The notes below the pieces were generated by a model. The model was not told the DNA's origin. It saw only the letters and a list, made by a program, of their open reading frames with translations, and made no database searches. Source: Streptosporangiaceae bacterium (lineage in GTDB: Bacteria > Actinomycetota > Actinomycetes > Streptosporangiales > Streptosporangiaceae). From it: a stretch of 36,081 bases of DNA. Numbering within the stretch: position 1 is the stretch's first letter; each line of letters begins with the position of its first letter. The translations under genes and the position numbers were made by a program. The stretch lies in the NCBI GenBank assembly GCA_039928335.1, contig JBDSTJ010000633.1, forward strand, positions 1-36,081, written 5' to 3'. Of the stretch, positions 1 through 8,842 are shown piece by piece.

Positions 1-626
1 GGCGGCAGCCAGCCCTCGTCCTCGTCGTACCGGCGGACGATCTTGGCGGGAACGCCGGCGATCACGCAGTGGTCCGGGAACTCGCCGCGGACCACCGCGC
101 CGCCGGCGACGGCCACGTTGCGGCCCAGCCGGGTGCCGGGCAGGATCACCGCGCCGGTGCCGATCCAGCAGCCGGCACCGATCTCGACCGCGCTGTTCTC
201 CGGCCACTGGCGGCCGATGGGCACGTCCAGTTGGGAGTAGGTGTGGTTCTGGTCGGTGATGTAGACGTAGGGCCCGGTGAACACGTCGTCGCCGATCACG
301 ATCGACTGGTGCCCGACGATGTGGCTGCCCCGGCCGATCGAGCAGCTTGCGCCGATCCGCACGATCACGCCGGGTCCCAGGTCCAGGCCGGGCATGAAGC
401 CGGCCGAGATGGAGACGTGCGTGCCGACCAGGGTGTGCTCGCCGATCGAGATCCACGGGTCACCGAAGATGGCACCCTGCGGGAAGGCGATGGACACGCC
501 TTCGCCGAGCTTGTGGAAGCGCTTTCCGCCCGGTGAGCTGGGGCTGATCTCGCCCAGCCGGCGGAGGAGTGCATAACCCCGATGCACGGCCGAACCGGCC
601 AGCCTTCGTGCCCCGTCCTTCAGCAT
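1..626 (-). CDS. Hexapeptide-repeat (LbH) acyltransferase, 3' end outside window
   Basis: Manual translation from ATG 626: MLKDGARRLAG...IGASCSIGRGSHIVGHQSIVIGDDVFTGPYVYITDQNH...IGAGCWIGTGAVILPGTRLG...VIAGVPAKIVR. Absent from the ORF track because there is no stop in the window. Confidence 0.88.
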   Translation of the reverse strand, partial: MLKDGARRLAGSAVHRGYALLRRLGEISPSSPGGKRFHKLGEGVSIAFPQGAIFGDPWISIGEHTLVGTHVSISAGFMPGLDLGPGVIVRIGASCSIGRGSHIVGHQSIVIGDDVFTGPYVYITDQNHTYSQLDVPIGRQWPENSAVEIGAGCWIGTGAVILPGTRLGRNVAVAGGAVVRGEFPDHCVIAGVPAKIVRRYDEDEGWLP

Positions 627-726
627 GGAGCAAAGGTACCGGTAGCCCGGGACCGCGTTACCCGCAGGTAAGGCGGCGGGCCGTGGGGCCCGCCGCCGGT
701 GACCCCTACCAGAGGGATGAGAACGC

Positions 727-1302
727 TCAGTCGCTGCCGACGCCCCGGCTGTGACCGGTGCCGGAGCCCCGACCGACCCGGGTCTGCGGTGAGGTGCTGC
801 CGACCCCGAACGTGCGCTGCTCGCCGTGGTGGGACGAGTCCTGGCCGCGCTCGCCGAAGGACCCGCCGGGGTCGGGTTCGAGCAGGTCGGCCATCTGGTT
901 GCGCCGGCGCATCGCGACGGCGCCGACGAGCGCCAGCACGGTGATCGTCCCCAGTGCGCCGAGTGCGGTGTTGCGGAGCCGGTGCCGCGGCGGAGTCGGT
1001 TCGATCAGCCGGGCGGTGCCGGTGAGGACGGTGCTGATCCTCGGTGCGACCGAGCTGTCCATGAAGTGCGCGGCGCGGTCGAACTGCGGCGCTGTCCACC
1101 CCCGGGCGTCCAGGATGCGGACCCCGGCCAGGTCACGGGCTCGGCCGGCCGAGGGCTTGAGGTGCCCGGCGGCGTTCCTGACTCCGTGCTGGCTTCTCGA
1201 CATCATGTGCCAGGCCCCGTGCTGGGCCCCCGACATCATGCCTTTGAGCTTTCCGTGCGGTACTGCGACCGGCGTACGGCGGGCAAAGATTCGAACGGGC
1301 AC
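727..1302 (-). CDS. Hypothetical membrane-anchored protein divergent from ppiA (DUF5324-like position)
   Basis: GTG preceded by GGAGG; 191 aa with one hydrophobic segment (ALGALGTITVLALVGAVAM). Confidence 0.65.
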   Translation of the reverse strand: MPVRIFARRTPVAVPHGKLKGMMSGAQHGAWHMMSRSQHGVRNAAGHLKPSAGRARDLAGVRILDARGWTAPQFDRAAHFMDSSVAPRISTVLTGTARLIEPTPPRHRLRNTALGALGTITVLALVGAVAMRRRNQMADLLEPDPGGSFGERGQDSSHHGEQRTFGVGSTSPQTRVGRGSGTGHSRGVGSD

Positions 1303-1438
1303 GCTAACCTCCCCGATTGCATTGGACCCTGAACTGGTCCTTACCCGACATCACTCTGTGTAATCAGGTGATGACGAACGGGTGCCCGCAGGAGCGTGGG
1401 AGGATGGAACGCACTGTTTTCTTTCGAGGAGGACCTTC

Positions 1439-1954
1439 ATGGCGGAGACTCTCGCCACCCTGAACACCAGCCTGGGCAAGATCGTTATCCGGCTGTTCGC
1501 GGACCAGGCCCCGGAGACGGTCGCCAACTTCACCGGCCTCGCCGAGGGCACCAAGGAGTGGAAGCACCCGCAGACCGGGGTCGTCTCGACCACCCCGCTC
1601 TACGACGGCACGATCTTTCACCGGATCATCAAGGACTTCATGATCCAGGGTGGGGACCCGCTCGGCCAGGGCATCGGAGGCCCCGGCTACAAGTTCGCCG
1701 ACGAGTTCCACCCCTCGCTCAGCTTCGACCGTCCGTACCTGCTGGGCATGGCCAACAGCGGGCCGCGCACCAACGGATCGCAGTTCTTCATCACCACGGT
1801 TCCGACCCCCTGGCTGACCGGCAAGCACTCCATCTTCGGTGAGGTCATCGAGGGCAGGGACGTCGTGGACGCGCTCGGCGTCGTGCCGACCGGCCGCAAC
1901 GACCGCCCGGTCACGGACGTCACGATCGACTCCGTCACCGTCACGCGGAACTAG
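1439..1954 (+). CDS. ppiA: Cyclophilin-type peptidyl-prolyl cis-trans isomerase
   Basis: FHRIIKDFMIQGGDP, MANSGPRTNGSQFFIT, WLTGKHSIFG; GAGGAGG RBS before ATG 1439. Confidence 0.97.
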   Translation: MAETLATLNTSLGKIVIRLFADQAPETVANFTGLAEGTKEWKHPQTGVVSTTPLYDGTIFHRIIKDFMIQGGDPLGQGIGGPGYKFADEFHPSLSFDRPYLLGMANSGPRTNGSQFFITTVPTPWLTGKHSIFGEVIEGRDVVDALGVVPTGRNDRPVTDVTIDSVTVTRN

Positions 1955-1967
1955 TCGTCGCGCACCC

Positions 1968-2807
1968 GTGAACGAAGCCGTTCCCGAGACCGGGGTGCCG
2001 ACCTGCTATCGGCATCCCGGTCGGGAGACCCACGTCCGGTGCACCCGCTGCGACCGGTACATCTGCCCTGACTGCATGCAGGAGGCCTCGGTCGGCTTCC
2101 AGTGCCCGGAGTGCGTCCGCGAGGGCAACCGGGGCATGCGCCAGGCCCAGGCCCCGTTCGGCGGCCAGGCCGTCACGACCGCCTGGGCCACCCGCACGCT
2201 GATCGCGGTCAACGTGCTGATCTTCTTCTTGGAGTACGGGCTGGGCGACCCGACCCGGGTCGCCGGCGACTTCGGGCTGTGGCCGCCGGCGGTCGCCGAC
2301 GGGGAGTACCACCGTCTGATCACCTCGGCGTTCCTGCACTACGGCCCGGCCCACCTCGCGCTGAACATGTGGGCGCTCTATGCCGTCGGGGAGGCGCTGG
2401 AGGGCTGGCTCGGCCGGACCCGGTTCCTGGCGCTGTACTTCCTGAGCGCGCTCGGTGGCAGCGTGCTCTGCTATCTGGCGTCGGCGGTCACCAGCAACAC
2501 CGCGGGCGCGTCCGGTGCGGTCTTCGGCCTGTTCGGCGCGATCTTCGTGGTCGCCCGCCGGATGAACATGAACATCAGGCCGATCGCGGCCGTGATCGTG
2601 CTGAACCTCGTCTTCACCTTCGTGTGGGGCGGGATCAGCTGGCAGGGGCACATCGGCGGGCTCGTCACCGGCGCGCTCGTCGCGGCCGCTTTCGTCTATG
2701 CCCCGCAGGCCCGGCGGACGGCCGTCCAGGTGGGCACGAGCGTCTTGGTCGTGCTGATCTTCCTGGTCCTGATCGTGCTGCGGACGACCGCGCTCACCAC
2801 GATCTGA
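1968..2807 (+). CDS. Rhomboid intramembrane serine protease with N-terminal Zn-finger
   Basis: CYRHP..CTRCDRYICPDC..CPEC N-terminus; HLALNM, GASGAVFG, ISWQGHIGG. Confidence 0.95.
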   Translation: MNEAVPETGVPTCYRHPGRETHVRCTRCDRYICPDCMQEASVGFQCPECVREGNRGMRQAQAPFGGQAVTTAWATRTLIAVNVLIFFLEYGLGDPTRVAGDFGLWPPAVADGEYHRLITSAFLHYGPAHLALNMWALYAVGEALEGWLGRTRFLALYFLSALGGSVLCYLASAVTSNTAGASGAVFGLFGAIFVVARRMNMNIRPIAAVIVLNLVFTFVWGGISWQGHIGGLVTGALVAAAFVYAPQARRTAVQVGTSVLVVLIFLVLIVLRTTALTTI

Positions 2808-2810
2808 ACC

Positions 2811-2883
2811 TGTGGATGAACCTGTGGATAACCACAAAGAGCCTGGGGACAGGCCGATTGGACCGTCCCCAGGCTGTGGATAA
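2811..2883. promoter_or_regulatory. Cluster of DnaA boxes
   Basis: Perfect TGTGGATAA at 2823-2831 and 2875-2883; TGTGGATGA at 2811-2819; weaker TGGGGACAG (2844-2852) and CCGTCCCCA (2863-2871). Confidence 0.85.
2840..2875. terminator. Inverted repeat between convergent rhomboid and crgA
   Basis: AGCCTGGGGAC (2840-2850) / GTCCCCAGGCT (2865-2875), perfect 11-bp arms. May instead reflect two inverted DnaA boxes. Confidence 0.45.
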
Positions 2884-2892
2884 CTTTTGACT

Positions 2893-2928
2893 AACGACTC
2901 GACGAACCAACGACTCGATGAACTAACG
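2893..2928. repeat. 16-bp tandem repeat (about 2.25 copies) at crgA stop
   Basis: AACGACTCGACGAACC / AACGACTCGATGAACT / AACG. Confidence 0.7.
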
Positions 2929-3180
2929 CCACTTGGTGGAGAGCACCACACCGACGATGATCAACGCGAAGCCGATGCCGAGGTTCCAGTTGCCCAGGCC
3001 GTCCATCACCGGGATGTTCGCCCCGGTGCTCGCGGCCACGTAGTAGGTCGCGATCCAGGCGAGCCCGATCAGCCAGGAGCCGACCATGGCCGGCACCAGC
3101 CAGCGCGGGGTGATGGCGGCCTTCTCAGCCCGCACGGGCGGGGTGTAGACGGCCTTCTTGCGAGTCTTGGACTTGGCCAC
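2923..3180 (-). CDS. crgA: Cell division protein CrgA
   Basis: MAKSKTRKKAVYTPP...PRWLVPAM...GLAWI...LGNWNLGIGF...STKWR; conserved synteny. Confidence 0.95.
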   Translation of the reverse strand: MAKSKTRKKAVYTPPVRAEKAAITPRWLVPAMVGSWLIGLAWIATYYVAASTGANIPVMDGLGNWNLGIGFALIIVGVVLSTKWR

Positions 3181-3259
3181 TGTGAATCTCCTTGAGCGGG
3201 ACGCGGGCGCGCGTCAGCCGCGCAAACGTGTGATCCGGCAAAGTCTATCGCTGAAAGCG

Positions 3260-3525
3260 GGGGCAACCCCCACAGCGTCAGCGATCGTAGTGCATCCTCC
3301 TGGTAACTTGACAGCCCGGCGCGGCGGTGCGACCGGAGTGCAAATAATGGATCAACGACTCATCGGCACCAGCGCGGTCAGGTGCGTCGGCAATACCCTG
3401 AGCCTGCAGGCGTCGTCTCCGCACCACCGTTCCGGATCACCGCCACCGGGGGCCCCGCGCGACTGCGGGCCGCACTCGAGATCTCCCCGGAGATCTCCCT
3501 CTCCAAGGACTTCGTCAGCCAATGA
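3260..3525 (+). pseudogene. DUF881 family gene remnant (5'-truncated, frameshifted)
   Basis: IVVH..GGATGVQIMDQRLIGTSAVRCVGNTLSLQ, then 1-nt loss near 3410, continuing VVSAPPFRITATGGPARLRAALEISPEI..DFVSQ* with ATGA overlap into the sortase. Confidence 0.8.
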
Positions 3526-4169
3526 TCCGCAGCATGATCAGGAGCATCGGTGAGCTGTGCATCACCGGCGGCATTCTGCTGCTCTTCTTCGTCGCCTACG
3601 AACTGTGGGGGACCGGTGAGTTCACCCACGCCCAGCAGAGCACCCTCGCCAAGGACCTCGACCGGGTGTGGGCCGCGCCCACGGTCACCACGGAGAAGCT
3701 CAAACTCGGCGACGGCGTGGCGCTGATCCGGATCCCGCGCTTCGGCAAGGACTTCACCTACGTGGTCGTCGAGGGCGTGTCCGTCGAGGACCTGCGCCGC
3801 GGCCCTGGCCACTATCCCAAGACCGCGCTCCCCGGCCAGGTCGGCAACTTCGTGATCTCCGGGCACCGCACCACTTACGGCGCGCCCTTCAACAAGGCGG
3901 GCGAGCTCCGCGCGGGCGATGAGATCCTGATCGACACCCGTGAGAAGCAGTACGTCTACAAGGTCACCAGCGACAGGGTCGTCGAGCCGACACAGCTGGA
4001 CGTCACCGCCCCGGTCCCCTTCCACGCCGGCGCCAAGCCGACGAAGAAGATGATCACGCTGACGACCTGCCATCCCAAGTACTCCGCCCGGCAGCGCCTC
4101 ATCGTGTTCGGGGTGCTGGACCACGAACTGCCCAGGGTCAAGCCGCCCGTGCCCGGAAAGGCCGCCTGA
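3522..4169 (+). CDS. Class E sortase
   Basis: GELCITGG N-terminal TM, GPGHYP, ISGHRTTYGAPF, TLTTCHPKYSARQRLIV (His/Cys/Arg triad). Confidence 0.95.
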   Translation: MIRSMIRSIGELCITGGILLLFFVAYELWGTGEFTHAQQSTLAKDLDRVWAAPTVTTEKLKLGDGVALIRIPRFGKDFTYVVVEGVSVEDLRRGPGHYPKTALPGQVGNFVISGHRTTYGAPFNKAGELRAGDEILIDTREKQYVYKVTSDRVVEPTQLDVTAPVPFHAGAKPTKKMITLTTCHPKYSARQRLIVFGVLDHELPRVKPPVPGKAA

Positions 4170-4170
4170 G

Positions 4171-4335
4171 ATGTACCTCTGGATCTGGCGGCACCTGCCG
4201 GCCAAGAGCCCCGCGATGAAGTCCCTGCTGGCGCTGGTCCTGCTCGCCCTGGTCGCGGCGGCGCTCTGGTACGGCCTGTTCCCCTGGCTGGAGCCGCGGA
4301 TCAAGTTCGACCACGGCACCGTGAATGACACCTAG
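4171..4335 (+). CDS. Small conserved membrane protein (54 aa)
   Basis: Manual translation MYLWIWRHLPAKSPAMKSLLALVLLALVAAALWYGLFPWLEPRIKFDHGTVNDT*; fills the gap between sortase and trpG; shorter than any ORF in the track. Confidence 0.85.
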   Translation: MYLWIWRHLPAKSPAMKSLLALVLLALVAAALWYGLFPWLEPRIKFDHGTVNDT

Positions 4336-4900
4336 GGTCCTGGTCGTCGACAACCACGACAGCTTCGTCTTCACCATCGTGCAGTACCTGCGGGAGCTGG
4401 GCGCGGACTGCGACGTCCGGGCCCGGGAGGACGTCGCGGCCACCGACGCCAAGGCCGTGGACGGCGTCCTGCTGAGCCCCGGCCCCGGCCACCCCGCGGA
4501 CACGGGCGTCTGCCTGGAGCTGGTGGACGACGCGGTGGGGTCCGGGCGGCCGCTGCTCGGAGTCTGCCTGGGCCACCAGGCCATCGCGCACCGCCTCGGC
4601 GCGACGGTCGCCCGCGCGCCCGAGATCGTGCACGGCTACACCAGCGACATCCGGCACACCGGCGCCGGGGTCTTCACCGGCCTCCCGTCGCCCTTCAGAG
4701 CCACCAGGTACCACTCGCTGGCCGTGGACCCGCAGACCGTCCCCGCGGCCCTCGAGGTGACCGCCTGGACCCCGGACGACGTGATCATGGGCGTACGGCA
4801 CCGGAACGCACCGGTCGAGGGCGTGCAGTTCCACCCGGAGTCGATCCTCAGCGCACACGGACACGCCCTGCTGCGGACCTGGCTCGGCACCCTGGATTGA
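4325..4900 (+). CDS. trpG: Anthranilate/aminodeoxychorismate synthase component II (class I glutamine amidotransferase)
   Basis: VVDNHDSFVF, SPGPGHP, LGVCLGHQAI, RYHSL, GVQFHPES. Confidence 0.95.
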   Translation: MTPRVLVVDNHDSFVFTIVQYLRELGADCDVRAREDVAATDAKAVDGVLLSPGPGHPADTGVCLELVDDAVGSGRPLLGVCLGHQAIAHRLGATVARAPEIVHGYTSDIRHTGAGVFTGLPSPFRATRYHSLAVDPQTVPAALEVTAWTPDDVIMGVRHRNAPVEGVQFHPESILSAHGHALLRTWLGTLD

Positions 4901-4961
4901 AGAATCTTCAACCAAGTCCAAAGAATGTGTAACGCGCGTCCCAGGAGATCGATAGACGAGT

Positions 4962-5004
4962 GAGGGCTTCCGCCATCGCCCCCGAGTGGCGGAAGCCCTC
5001 TTTT
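4962..5004 (+). terminator. Intrinsic terminator downstream of trpG
   Basis: GAGGGCTTCCGCCA (4962-4975) / TGGCGGAAGCCCTC (4987-5000) followed by TTTT. Confidence 0.8.
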
Positions 5005-5018
5005 CGCGCCCGGAACCA

Positions 5019-5060
5019 GAAGAACCCCGGTCCCTCCTTGCGGAGAGGCCGGGGTTCTTC
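5019..5060 (-). terminator. Hairpin terminator of pknB operon
   Basis: GAAGAACCCCGG (5019-5030) / CCGGGGTTCTTC (5049-5060), 10 bp after the pknB stop. Confidence 0.8.
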
Positions 5061-5070
5061 GTTGGTCCCG

Positions 5071-6969
5071 CTAGGGCAGCGGCAGTCCGCCCGCGCCCGG
5101 CTGACCCGACTGGGACGGGTTGGGCGTCGGCGGCACCGAGGGGTTGTTCGTCGGCGGTGGCTGAACGCCCTTGGCGATGTAGACCACGATCCGGGTGTTC
5201 TTCGTGACTTCCTTGTTGCTCTCGGGGTTGGTCTTGAAGACCTTGCCGACCTCGACGTCGCCCTCGGGCGCGGCCTCGATGAACGTGTAGTTCGTGAAGC
5301 CCGCGGCCTTGAGTGCCGCTTCGGCACCGGCCCGGTCCAGCCCGTCGAGCACCGGGATCGGGAACTTCTCGACCGCCTTGGCGACCACGAGGTCCACCGC
5401 GGAGTCCTTGGCGACCTGCTTGCCGACCCCCGGCTTCGTCGACAGCACGGTGTCGGGCGTGGCGTCGGCCTTGGCCTTCGTGGTCACCTCGCCGAGCCGG
5501 AGCCCGAGACCGCTGAGGATCTGGATGGCCTCCTGCCGGGACTTCCCGATGATGGAGGACGGGATCGCGACCTTGTCCGGCTCCGGTTTGCCGGCGGAGA
5601 CGTACAGGGTGACCTTGCCGCCCTCCTCGACCTCCTTGCCGACGTCGGGGTCGGTCCGGATCGCCTTGCCCTTGTCGATCGTCTCGCTCGGCTCCTGCTC
5701 GACGGTGACGACGAGTTTGAGCGCCTCGAGCGCGGCCTTGGCGGCGGTTCCCGAGGTCCCCTCGACGGCGGGGATGCTGACCTTCTTGACGTCGTCCTCG
5801 CCGCCGCTGCCGTTGGTGAGCCAGACGGCCATGCCGGCGAACAGGCCGATGATGAGGATGGCCAGCAGGACCCACAGGCCGGCCTTCTGGGCGTTCATGC
5901 CGGGCTGGTCGTCCCGGTCGTACTGCTGGGCCCGGCGGTTACCCGCCTGGGTGTCGTCGTACTGCACCGGCGGCAGGTCCGTGGTGTAACCGGAGCCGTA
6001 ACCGCTGGCGGCCGGCTGGGCCCGGGTCGCTCCGCCGGGCACCTGCCCCATCACCTGGGTGCCGGCCGCGACCGGCGGCCCGACGACCATGGTGGACGTC
6101 GACTGCGAGGAGACCTGCATGCCCTGCATGGCCCGCTGGATGTCGGCGCGGAACTCCGAGGCGCTCTGGTAGCGGTGCGCGGGGTCCTTGGCCATCGCCT
6201 TGAGCACGATGTTGTCGGCCCAGCGCGGGATCTCGGGATCCAGCTGGGACGGCGGGATGGGCTCCTCCCGCACATGCTGGTAGGCGATCGCCACCGGCGA
6301 GTCGCCCTGGAACGGAGGCCGCCCGGTCAGGAGTTCATACAGCACACAGCCGGCCGAATAGAGGTCGCTGCGGGCGTCGACGCGCTCGCCGCGGGCCTGC
6401 TCCGGGGAGAGGTACTGGGCGGTGCCGATCACCTGGGCGGTCGCGGTCATCGTGGCGGCCGAGTCCGACATCGCACGGGCGATGCCGAAGTCCATCACCT
6501 TGACCTCGTGCGCACGGGTCAGCATCACGTTGGCGGGCTTGATGTCGCGGTGCACGATTCCGCCGCGGTGGCTGTAGTCCAGGGCTCGCAGGATGCCGTC
6601 GGTGATCTCCAGGGCGCGCTCGGGCAGCAGCCGCCGCTCGGCACCGCTCTCCGGCCGGATCAGCTCACGGAGCGTGTGCCCCTCGACGTACTCCATGACG
6701 ATGTACGGGACGGCCTGGCCGTCGATCTCGTCCTCGCCGGTGTCATAGACCGCCACCACGGACGGGTGGTTCAGCGACGCCGCGGACTGGGCCTCGCGCC
6801 GGAACCTCGCCTGGAAGGTGGGATCCCGCGCCAGGTCGGTCCGGAGCGTTTTGATCGCGACGATACGATCCAGACGCAGGTCTCTGGCACGGTAGACCTC
6901 GGCCATGCCACCGCGCCCGATGACTCCATCGAGCTCGTACCGGCCGCCGAGCAGCCGAGGCTGTGTCAT
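5071..6969 (-). CDS. pknB: PASTA-domain Ser/Thr kinase PknB
   Basis: GRYELDGVIGRGGMAEVY, HRDIKPAN, DFGIARA, GTAQYLSPEQ, TM, about 3 PASTA repeats. Alternative start 6978. Confidence 0.97.
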   Translation of the reverse strand: MTQPRLLGGRYELDGVIGRGGMAEVYRARDLRLDRIVAIKTLRTDLARDPTFQARFRREAQSAASLNHPSVVAVYDTGEDEIDGQAVPYIVMEYVEGHTLRELIRPESGAERRLLPERALEITDGILRALDYSHRGGIVHRDIKPANVMLTRAHEVKVMDFGIARAMSDSAATMTATAQVIGTAQYLSPEQARGERVDARSDLYSAGCVLYELLTGRPPFQGDSPVAIAYQHVREEPIPPSQLDPEIPRWADNIVLKAMAKDPAHRYQSASEFRADIQRAMQGMQVSSQSTSTMVVGPPVAAGTQVMGQVPGGATRAQPAASGYGSGYTTDLPPVQYDDTQAGNRRAQQYDRDDQPGMNAQKAGLWVLLAILIIGLFAGMAVWLTNGSGGEDDVKKVSIPAVEGTSGTAAKAALEALKLVVTVEQEPSETIDKGKAIRTDPDVGKEVEEGGKVTLYVSAGKPEPDKVAIPSSIIGKSRQEAIQILSGLGLRLGEVTTKAKADATPDTVLSTKPGVGKQVAKDSAVDLVVAKAVEKFPIPVLDGLDRAGAEAALKAAGFTNYTFIEAAPEGDVEVGKVFKTNPESNKEVTKNTRIVVYIAKGVQPPPTNNPSVPPTPNPSQSGQPGAGGLPLP

Positions 6970-7370
6970 GTCATGCATCCTGTCGTCTCTGCCCGAAGCT
7001 TGTCATCCGAACTTAGCGCCCTCGGTCGACTGCTCGAGGGAACCGGGTCGGTGGACGGCGACGTTGTGGTAATCGTAACGCTCGGCGTCGGCTCGGGTGT
7101 GGGGATAGGTGTGGCCGGGCGGGAACCCAGGTGTTTCCCTGGCTTCGCCGGGTTAACCACGGCCGGTGAGAGGACCAGGGTGGTCCGCCCCCTGTGGGAC
7201 GTTCCGGAACCCCGTCTGGGTGGCAAATCGGGCAAAAAGGCTGGGGACTGCTGGTGTTTCTCCGCTCCCCGGTCGGCGACGAGGTCAGCCGCGGTCGGCC
7301 ACGTCGCGCCCACACCACCGGCCGCCGGCTGTTCCAGCAGGCGGTACCGGTGGTTGAGCGGCGACGTCAC
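6966..7370 (-). pseudogene. pknA: pknA remnant with kinase domain deleted
   Basis: Starts with GTGA overlap on the pbpA stop; LNHRYRLLEQPAAGGVGATW is a degraded kinase subdomain I; no HRD or DFG; Pro/Thr-rich tail; occupies the pknA slot. Confidence 0.7.
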
Positions 7371-8842
7371 TTCTTGAGGAGGGAATCCGTGATCGCGGCG
7401 GCGATGGGGCCTGCGGTGCTGGCACCGAAGATCTTGGTCGAGCCCTCGACGAACACCGCGAAGGAGTACTTGGGATTGTCCGCGGGAGCGAACCCGATGA
7501 ACCAGGCACCACCGATCGTTTCGGTCAGCTCGGTGGTGCCGGTCTTGCCGGCGATGTTGCGGCCCCGCAGGTTGGTGGCGGTGCCGCTGGCGACGACCTC
7601 GCGCATCATGTCCTCGAGGGCGGAAGCGCTGTCCTCGCTGATCGGCTTGGCGAAGTCCTCGGCGTCGGCCTCGTAGAGGTTGTCGCCATCCCGGCTCTGG
7701 ATCTTCTGGACGACATAGGGCTTCATGATCGTGCCCTTGTTGGCGATCGCGGCGGCCACCATGGCCATCTGCAGCGGGGTCGCCTTGGTCTCACCCTGGC
7801 CGAACGAGCCACGCAGGATCTCACCGTGGTCGCTGGTGTTGTGCGGGTACTCGCTCGCGGGGGCGGAAAGGTCGTCCTCGATCTTGATCTTCTCGTAGAA
7901 GCCGAACTTGCGCGACTGGTCGACGACCTTCTTGTTGCCCAGCAGGTCGTCCCGGTCGCCCAGGAGCGCGTACGTGGTGTTGCAGGACTGGGCGAACGTG
8001 CCGATCAGCGGTGCCTGGGCCGCCCCGCAGATGTTGTCGGTGTGGCTGTTGGTGATCGGCTTGGAGGTGCCGGGCACCGTGACCGAGGAGGGGGCCGGGA
8101 CCGGGTCGTCCTTGCCGTGGCCGTCCTGGAGGAACGCCGCCGCGACCACGGTCTTGAACGAGGAGCCGGGCGGGAAGATCTCCTTGTAGGCCTTGTTGAC
8201 CAGCGGCGCGTTCGGGTTCTTGTTGAGCTCGGTGAGCTTCTTCTGGGCCTGGTCGGCCTTGGTGACGTCGGCGACCGAGTTGGGGTCGAACGAGGGGAAG
8301 CTCGCCGCGACCTTGATCGCGCCGGTCTTGACGTCCATCACCACGGCGGCGGCACGCCGCTGGGTCACCTGGATCTCCTTGAAGGCGATCCGCTGGGCCT
8401 TCGCGTCGACGGTCGTGATCAGGTTCGCGCCTTCGGGCTTCTTGCCCGCGAGGGTGTCGAGCCAGGAGTTGACGCTCTGCCGCTTGTCCTTGCCGTCGAG
8501 AAGCGAGCTGAAGGCCAGCTCCAGGCCGTCCTTCTGCTGAGTGCCGGCGAAGAAGCCGGTGACCGGGACGAAGGCCGCGCCGTCCTGGACATACCTGCGC
8601 TGGTACTTGGACTTGGCGTCGTCCTTGTTGAGCTTCTCGGAGAAGGCGAGCTTGACGCCGTCGGCCGAGATGATCTCGCCCCGGTCGCGGAACAGCGCAT
8701 CCTGGTACTGCCGGGTGTTGAGCCTGTTGGCCTGTAGCTTCTCGGCCTGGGTGCCCTGGATGTAGTTGATGTTGATCATCAGGATGACCACCAGGGCCAG
8801 CCCGACCAGGGCCACCCGTTTGAGCTGCTTGTCCATCGTCAT
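7367..8842 (-). CDS. pbpA: Class B penicillin-binding protein PbpA
   Basis: PPGSSFK (SxxK), SCN (SxN), AGKTGT (KTG); ATGA-coupled to rodA. Confidence 0.93.
   Translation of the reverse strand: MTMDKQLKRVALVGLALVVILMININYIQGTQAEKLQANRLNTRQYQDALFRDRGEIISADGVKLAFSEKLNKDDAKSKYQRRYVQDGAAFVPVTGFFAGTQQKDGLELAFSSLLDGKDKRQSVNSWLDTLAGKKPEGANLITTVDAKAQRIAFKEIQVTQRRAAAVVMDVKTGAIKVAASFPSFDPNSVADVTKADQAQKKLTELNKNPNAPLVNKAYKEIFPPGSSFKTVVAAAFLQDGHGKDDPVPAPSSVTVPGTSKPITNSHTDNICGAAQAPLIGTFAQSCNTTYALLGDRDDLLGNKKVVDQSRKFGFYEKIKIEDDLSAPASEYPHNTSDHGEILRGSFGQGETKATPLQMAMVAAAIANKGTIMKPYVVQKIQSRDGDNLYEADAEDFAKPISEDSASALEDMMREVVASGTATNLRGRNIAGKTGTTELTETIGGAWFIGFAPADNPKYSFAVFVEGSTKIFGASTAGPIAAAITDSLLKK

Noticed and set aside
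2811-2928. oriC or a CRISPR array
   Set aside because: No dnaA/dnaN or AT-rich unwinding element; the 16-bp repeat has no spacers and no cas genes are present.
4901-4961. Small RNA between trpG and the twin hairpins
   Set aside because: The two hairpins are explained as one terminator per convergent transcript; there is no other evidence.
4960-7377. 805-aa plus-strand ORF and similar long antisense ORFs (7826-8737, 21961-23217, 30040-31500)
   Set aside because: Shadow frames of real genes in high-GC DNA; no motifs or RBS.
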